Origin: an uncultured delta proteobacterium
GTDB lineage: Bacteria; Desulfobacterota; Syntrophia; Syntrophales; UBA2192
Length of the DNA: 64,000 nucleotides
Assembly (NCBI GenBank): GCA_963705165.1
Contig: CAVPJD010000016.1
Span: forward strand, 1-64,000
Direction of reading: 5' to 3'
The number at the start of each line of letters is the position of its first letter. The first letter of the stretch is position 1. The position numbers and the translations under genes are program-made. The notes under the pieces were generated by a model. The model saw only the letters and a list, made by a program, of their open reading frames with translations, had not been told where the DNA came from and searched no databases. Shown here in pieces: positions 59,781 through 64,000 of the stretch.

Positions 59781-59857
59781 GCGCCCGTAGCTCAGTTGGA
59801 TAGAGTCGCAGACTTCGAATCTGTTGGTCGCACGTTCAAGTCGTGCCGGGCGCGCCA
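59781..59857 (+). tRNA. tRNA-Arg(TCG)
   Basis: GCAGA-CT-TCG-AA-TCTGT; GTTCAAGTC; CCA. Confidence 0.95.
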
Positions 59858-59880
59858 TAAATCGAAAAACTAAATATCTT

Positions 59881-59956
<76 letters not shown>

Positions 59957-59964
59957 AGACAGCA

Positions 59965-59996
59965 AGAGGGTTTCGGGGTTTTCCCTGAAACCCTCT
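59965..59996. terminator. Hairpin terminator between tRNA operon and tamB
   Basis: AGAGGGTTTCGGGG-TTTT-CCCTGAAACCCTCT. Confidence 0.75.
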
Positions 59997-60040
59997 ATCT
60001 GTTTCTTGTGGATTTTATCCCCACTCCTGTTTTCGTATCA

Positions 60041-63000
60041 TCAGTCAAACTCGATCCTGTAGTAGAGGTTTGCGCCTGTCTGTGTTCCTGCCTTGCTCTC
60101 CACCTCCCAACTCTTGGAAAGAGTGTATCTCAGGGTAACGTAATATTCATCGCTGAAAAGGGAACGGCCATAGCTAACGTACAGCTTGGGTTGCAGATAC
60201 TTACCCACCGTAACAATCGACTGGGTCGTGCCCCCTGCGGTTGTGGATTTCATGTCGATCGTGTCCGGGCCGAATTGACGTTTCAGCTGGCTCAAGGTCG
60301 ATTCGGAGCCGCCCCCCGAGAGAAGGGCCTCTGCAGTCGCCGCAAGCAACGCTGACGTTGATGCATCACCACCACTCGCGGGTTGACCCAGCACGATGTA
60401 GCTCAGGATATCGGCGTCGGGCATGGACGGCTCTGAATAGAGTCTCACGATGGGCGCAAGCGGGGTTCCCGTGACGACAACCCCCGCCCTCACTTCCCTG
60501 AACTTACCCAGGGTCTGCCCCGCCCGGTCCGTCCTTTCCTCGATGGTGCGCAGGGCCAGCACGTCGAGGTTCGGCTGGCCCGCCGGTCCGCCGTCAAATA
60601 CAACACGCCCCCGGGTAATGTTCAGCCGCGCGCCTCTCGTTGTGTACATCCCATCCTTGAGGCGGATCTCCCCTTTTGCCTTGATGGCATCAAGGGAGGC
60701 GGCAGTGAGCAGCACGTCTCCTTCCAGGCGCGCATCGAGGCCCTCGGCCTTGATGAAGGCACGATCCCCCAGGATGACCCGGACCTCCGCATCAACAGGA
60801 AAAGCACGGTCGCCTTTGGGGGCGCGGCTCCCGTCTACCTTCACCACATCCTTGCTGGGTCTCGCCACTGCCTTCGTCTCGGGCTCCCCTGATGAGCAGC
60901 TCCGGTATCGTGATGCTGCCGCGGACCTGAAGGTTTTTCGGCGCGCCCTTGAAGGTAAGGCTTGGGGTTGCCAGCATCTCCATTTCGGGCAGCCGCACAA
61001 CCTGGAATCTCTCGCCTGAGAGATTCATGTCGATTCGATCGATACCCCGGTCCTTGAGCCACACGGTACCGGTTCCCTCGAGCCGTCCGGGGCCGGAGCG
61101 CGCCCCAAACGATGTAATGCGCACGGTCTGGTCCTCGAATTGAGCGTCCATGGTCACATCGCTCAATTGAATACCCGTGGAGGGCAGATAGGCGCCTGCC
61201 TGATCGACTCTCAGGGTGCCGTGAATTTTTGGCGCACTCCACGTTCCGTCAGCAGAGCCGTTAAGAGCGAGCCGTCCCCGGCTTTCCTGTATCAGTCCCG
61301 GAAAGAGGGCGCTCAAGAGCCCCTTCTCCCGCATATCGGCACGAGCGGCGAGCTGCACAGGCCCTTCCGCGTCCAGAACAAAAGGAATGCCAGCTTCGAC
61401 GGGAAGGCGAAACTCGGCCTTGAGAGAGCCGTGGTTGGTGAGCAGGAGATCGAGATCGCCGCTCAGCGTCTTTTCCCGCCATGTCCAGCGGAGCTGCGCT
61501 TTTTCCGCCTGTGCCGTGACGATGCCCTTTTTGTCCTGCAGGGAAAAGGCGCCCTGCGAAAGCCTCAACTCACCGGAGGCGTCCAGGCGCAAACCGGGCA
61601 ACAGTCTACCCGCAGCCGTGCATGACACGGCTCCCGTCATGGAAAGAGGTTGAGGGAGCCACGGCTGGATGACGGCTGCCTCAACATGATCCGCCGAAAA
61701 ACGGAACTCGCCCCTGTCCGGGAGGCCTGGCCGGGCCGGATCCGGCGACGTCAACCGCGCGTTCAGGCGGCCCGCGCGGCCGAGGTCCGCCTGGACCAAC
61801 CCGGTGAGGCCGCCGTTGTTCCATTCGAGCTTTCCCGAAGCATCCTTCACGTCGATGGCAAGCGATCCGCGGGCAAGGCTTCCCGTAAGCCCCACCTCGG
61901 AAGAAACCGTGGTCTTGTTCTTGTCCCGAAAATCCGCCCGGATATGGCCGTCCGTCTGTCCGCTCACCTGCCAATCCGGTGTGAGGGAGGCGAACCGAGC
62001 CAGATTCACCCTCTGCCATCTCGACAGGAGAGCGCCCCGCACCGGGTCGAGAGACAGGTCCATGGAGAACTCGAGCATCTCCCCTCTCGTGCTGGTGATC
62101 CGCGCCGGGCTGACGCTCACCTTTCCCGCAGACAGGTTGAGAGACGCGGGATGTTGGAGACCCCACGAACCCAGGCTGTCACTCCCTCTCAGGTTCTCCA
62201 GGGTTCCTTTCCAGCCCGCTTTTGCATAACCGCCCCGCAGGGTGGCCTCTGCCTTGCCTTCACGCGACTCGAGCAGGACCTGAACCGTGTGATCCCCTGC
62301 CTTTCCCGCAATCTTCCCCTGTGCGGTGCTGATCTGCACGGGCCCATAGATAACCCCTTTCAGGAAGGCGCTCCCCTCGAGGCCCTGAGTATCCCCTTTT
62401 CCAATCTCCGCATCGGCCTCAACGGACGTGATCTGCACGCCAGAAACAAAAAGCCTATTGCCTCGAATGCTCATTGCGCCCGCGAGCTGCTCCTTTTCCC
62501 AGCGGGCCCACCCGGACGCAGAGAGCCGTCCCGCGCTTCCGGGCATGAGTGTCGAGAGATCAGTGATCTGCACCCCCCAGGTCAATCGCTCCTCAAGAGC
62601 ACCGGATGCTTTCGCCTCAAAACCGGCGCCCTTGAGGGAAAGCCGGTTAATGCGAAGCATCCCGGCCTGCCACCGTGCATCGAGAACGCCGGTGAGAGCC
62701 CGATCACGGAGACGGCTTTCCAGGAGTTCGCCCTTGACCCTTGCCTCGAGGGATCCTGCCTTCGGCCAATGGACGGCTCCCTCTACATTCAGGTTGATCT
62801 TGCATGCCAGTTCGGGCTTTATCTGTGCGGGATTGAGATTCCTGGCCTGAAGAAACCCTGTAAATGACACTTCTTTGTCCCATGATCCCCTGAGCTTCCC
62901 CTCCACGGTGCCGTCCAGGAGACGCCCCGTCATGCGGGTCACCTGCACGCCCGCAAGGTTCCCTGAAAATTGCCCGGACAGGAGGGCAGACCTCCACGCC

Positions 63001-63998
63001 TGCCCCTCGTTTTGCATGGTGAATTCTCCCGCGTAGCGGCTGGGGCCGCCCTGGATTTCAAGCGTACCCGTGAGGGACAAGGGCAGGAGTGCCGGGACGG
63101 CATCCCCCTCCGCGAATCGGAACGAAGCGCTGGTAAGGATCTCGGCTGTCGAGACGTCCACCTGACCCTCGGTGTTCACGAAGGCCCTCCCGCTTCCGTC
63201 CTTTACGTGGAGGTTCCGGAACACGACGGCCTTCCGGGTCAGTCCGATCTCGCCTTCCACCTGGGCCTGCATGTTCGTACCCGACGAGGCATTCAAAAGT
63301 ATCTTTCCTGAGACCTGCTCGGGATCTTTTCCGGAGGAGAGATCGGCCGTAAAGGAGAGGGCGTCGCATTTTGCTACAGGCTTATCCAGCCTGATGGAAA
63401 GGTTCGCATGAAGGGAGGGGAATAAAAACCCGGCCTCCACATTGCCTTCTGCCTGCGCGTCCGCCAACCGGAGCACAAAGTCTTTCAACGTCAAAGTGGA
63501 CCCGCGGGACCAGATCACCTCACCCCGGCCCTCATGGATCGTTACGGGATCCTTGCCGGTTTTACGATAGGACACATCCTCGATGCGAAACTTTCCGATG
63601 CTGCCGCTTACAGCCGCGAGCAGGTGCGGGGCCCGGGGCCACTCGAGGTCATAGGGCGGCCCGCTCTCCGGACGGTTGTCGACAATCGAGACATGGCGGA
63701 CGGACATCTCATCGACCGACACCGACCCCGTAAAAAGAGACAGGGGCTGCAGGCGCAAAAGCAGAGTGGCGATTCGCGCTTCACCGCTTGGCCATGCCGC
63801 GCGCACGCCCTCGAGGGTGAGTTCATTTGCGAGCTGCCCCGTAATACGCTCCGCCTCAACCGTGACCGGCATCCAGCGCAAAAGGGTCGTCACGACGAGG
63901 CGTGACCCGGACGTGGTGTAAACGAGCCACGCGATCACGACGATCGCCGCGACCAAGAGGGACAAAACCGAGTATCCTATGATTGCGCGTTTCTTCAA
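60041..63998 (-). CDS. tamB: Translocation/assembly module TamB (DUF490), +1 frameshift at about 60886-60889
   Basis: N-terminal TM anchor + TTSG, long beta-rich body, C-terminal F.G....P.LD, LYSEPSM...DILSYIVLG, VGKYL.P.LYVSYG; start at window edge uncertain. Confidence 0.9.
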
Positions 63999-64000
63999 AA

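Noticed and set aside
60860..60900. tamB split into 1068-aa and 319-aa ORFs as possible programmed frameshift
   Set aside because: One extra base in a 4-nt run, no slippery heptamer; consistent with the other homopolymer errors.

Overview
GC-rich chromosomal backbone, most consistent with an anaerobic Desulfobacterota/Syntrophales-type bacterium (inferred from gene content and deltaproteobacterial-type Fur/Zur boxes). About 58 CDS, mostly housekeeping: hup, tRNA nucleotidyltransferase, trpS-scpAB-rluB, ihfB, a metal-homeostasis block (zur-znuACB-radC; ccdA-tlpA; feoB-DtxR/FeoA-fur), minimal SufCB, ald, P-type ATPase, ABC-F, csp, macrodomain, pcm-nlpD, carD-yacL-ispDF, carboxyltransferase, pgk, truA-rfbD-mutL-miaA, valS, nadC-birA-coaX, a 4-PAS kinase/response regulator pair, dprA-topA-trmFO, four tRNAs and tamB. 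No integrase, transposase, prophage or CRISPR array was seen. Best observations: (1) a complete, circularly permuted cofactor-independent phosphoglycerate mutase upstream of a macrodomain gene; (2) about 15 intergenic heptamer arrays, nearly all at or just after stop codons with the G-rich strand as mRNA, many matching a G-quadruplex pattern; (3) an in-frame TAG in an otherwise intact rfbD; (4) a stand-alone minimal A-adding-type nucleotidyltransferase. Frameshifts in miaA, the response regulator, a secreted protein and tamB look like long-read indel errors. All calls come from motif recognition by eye; no searches were run.
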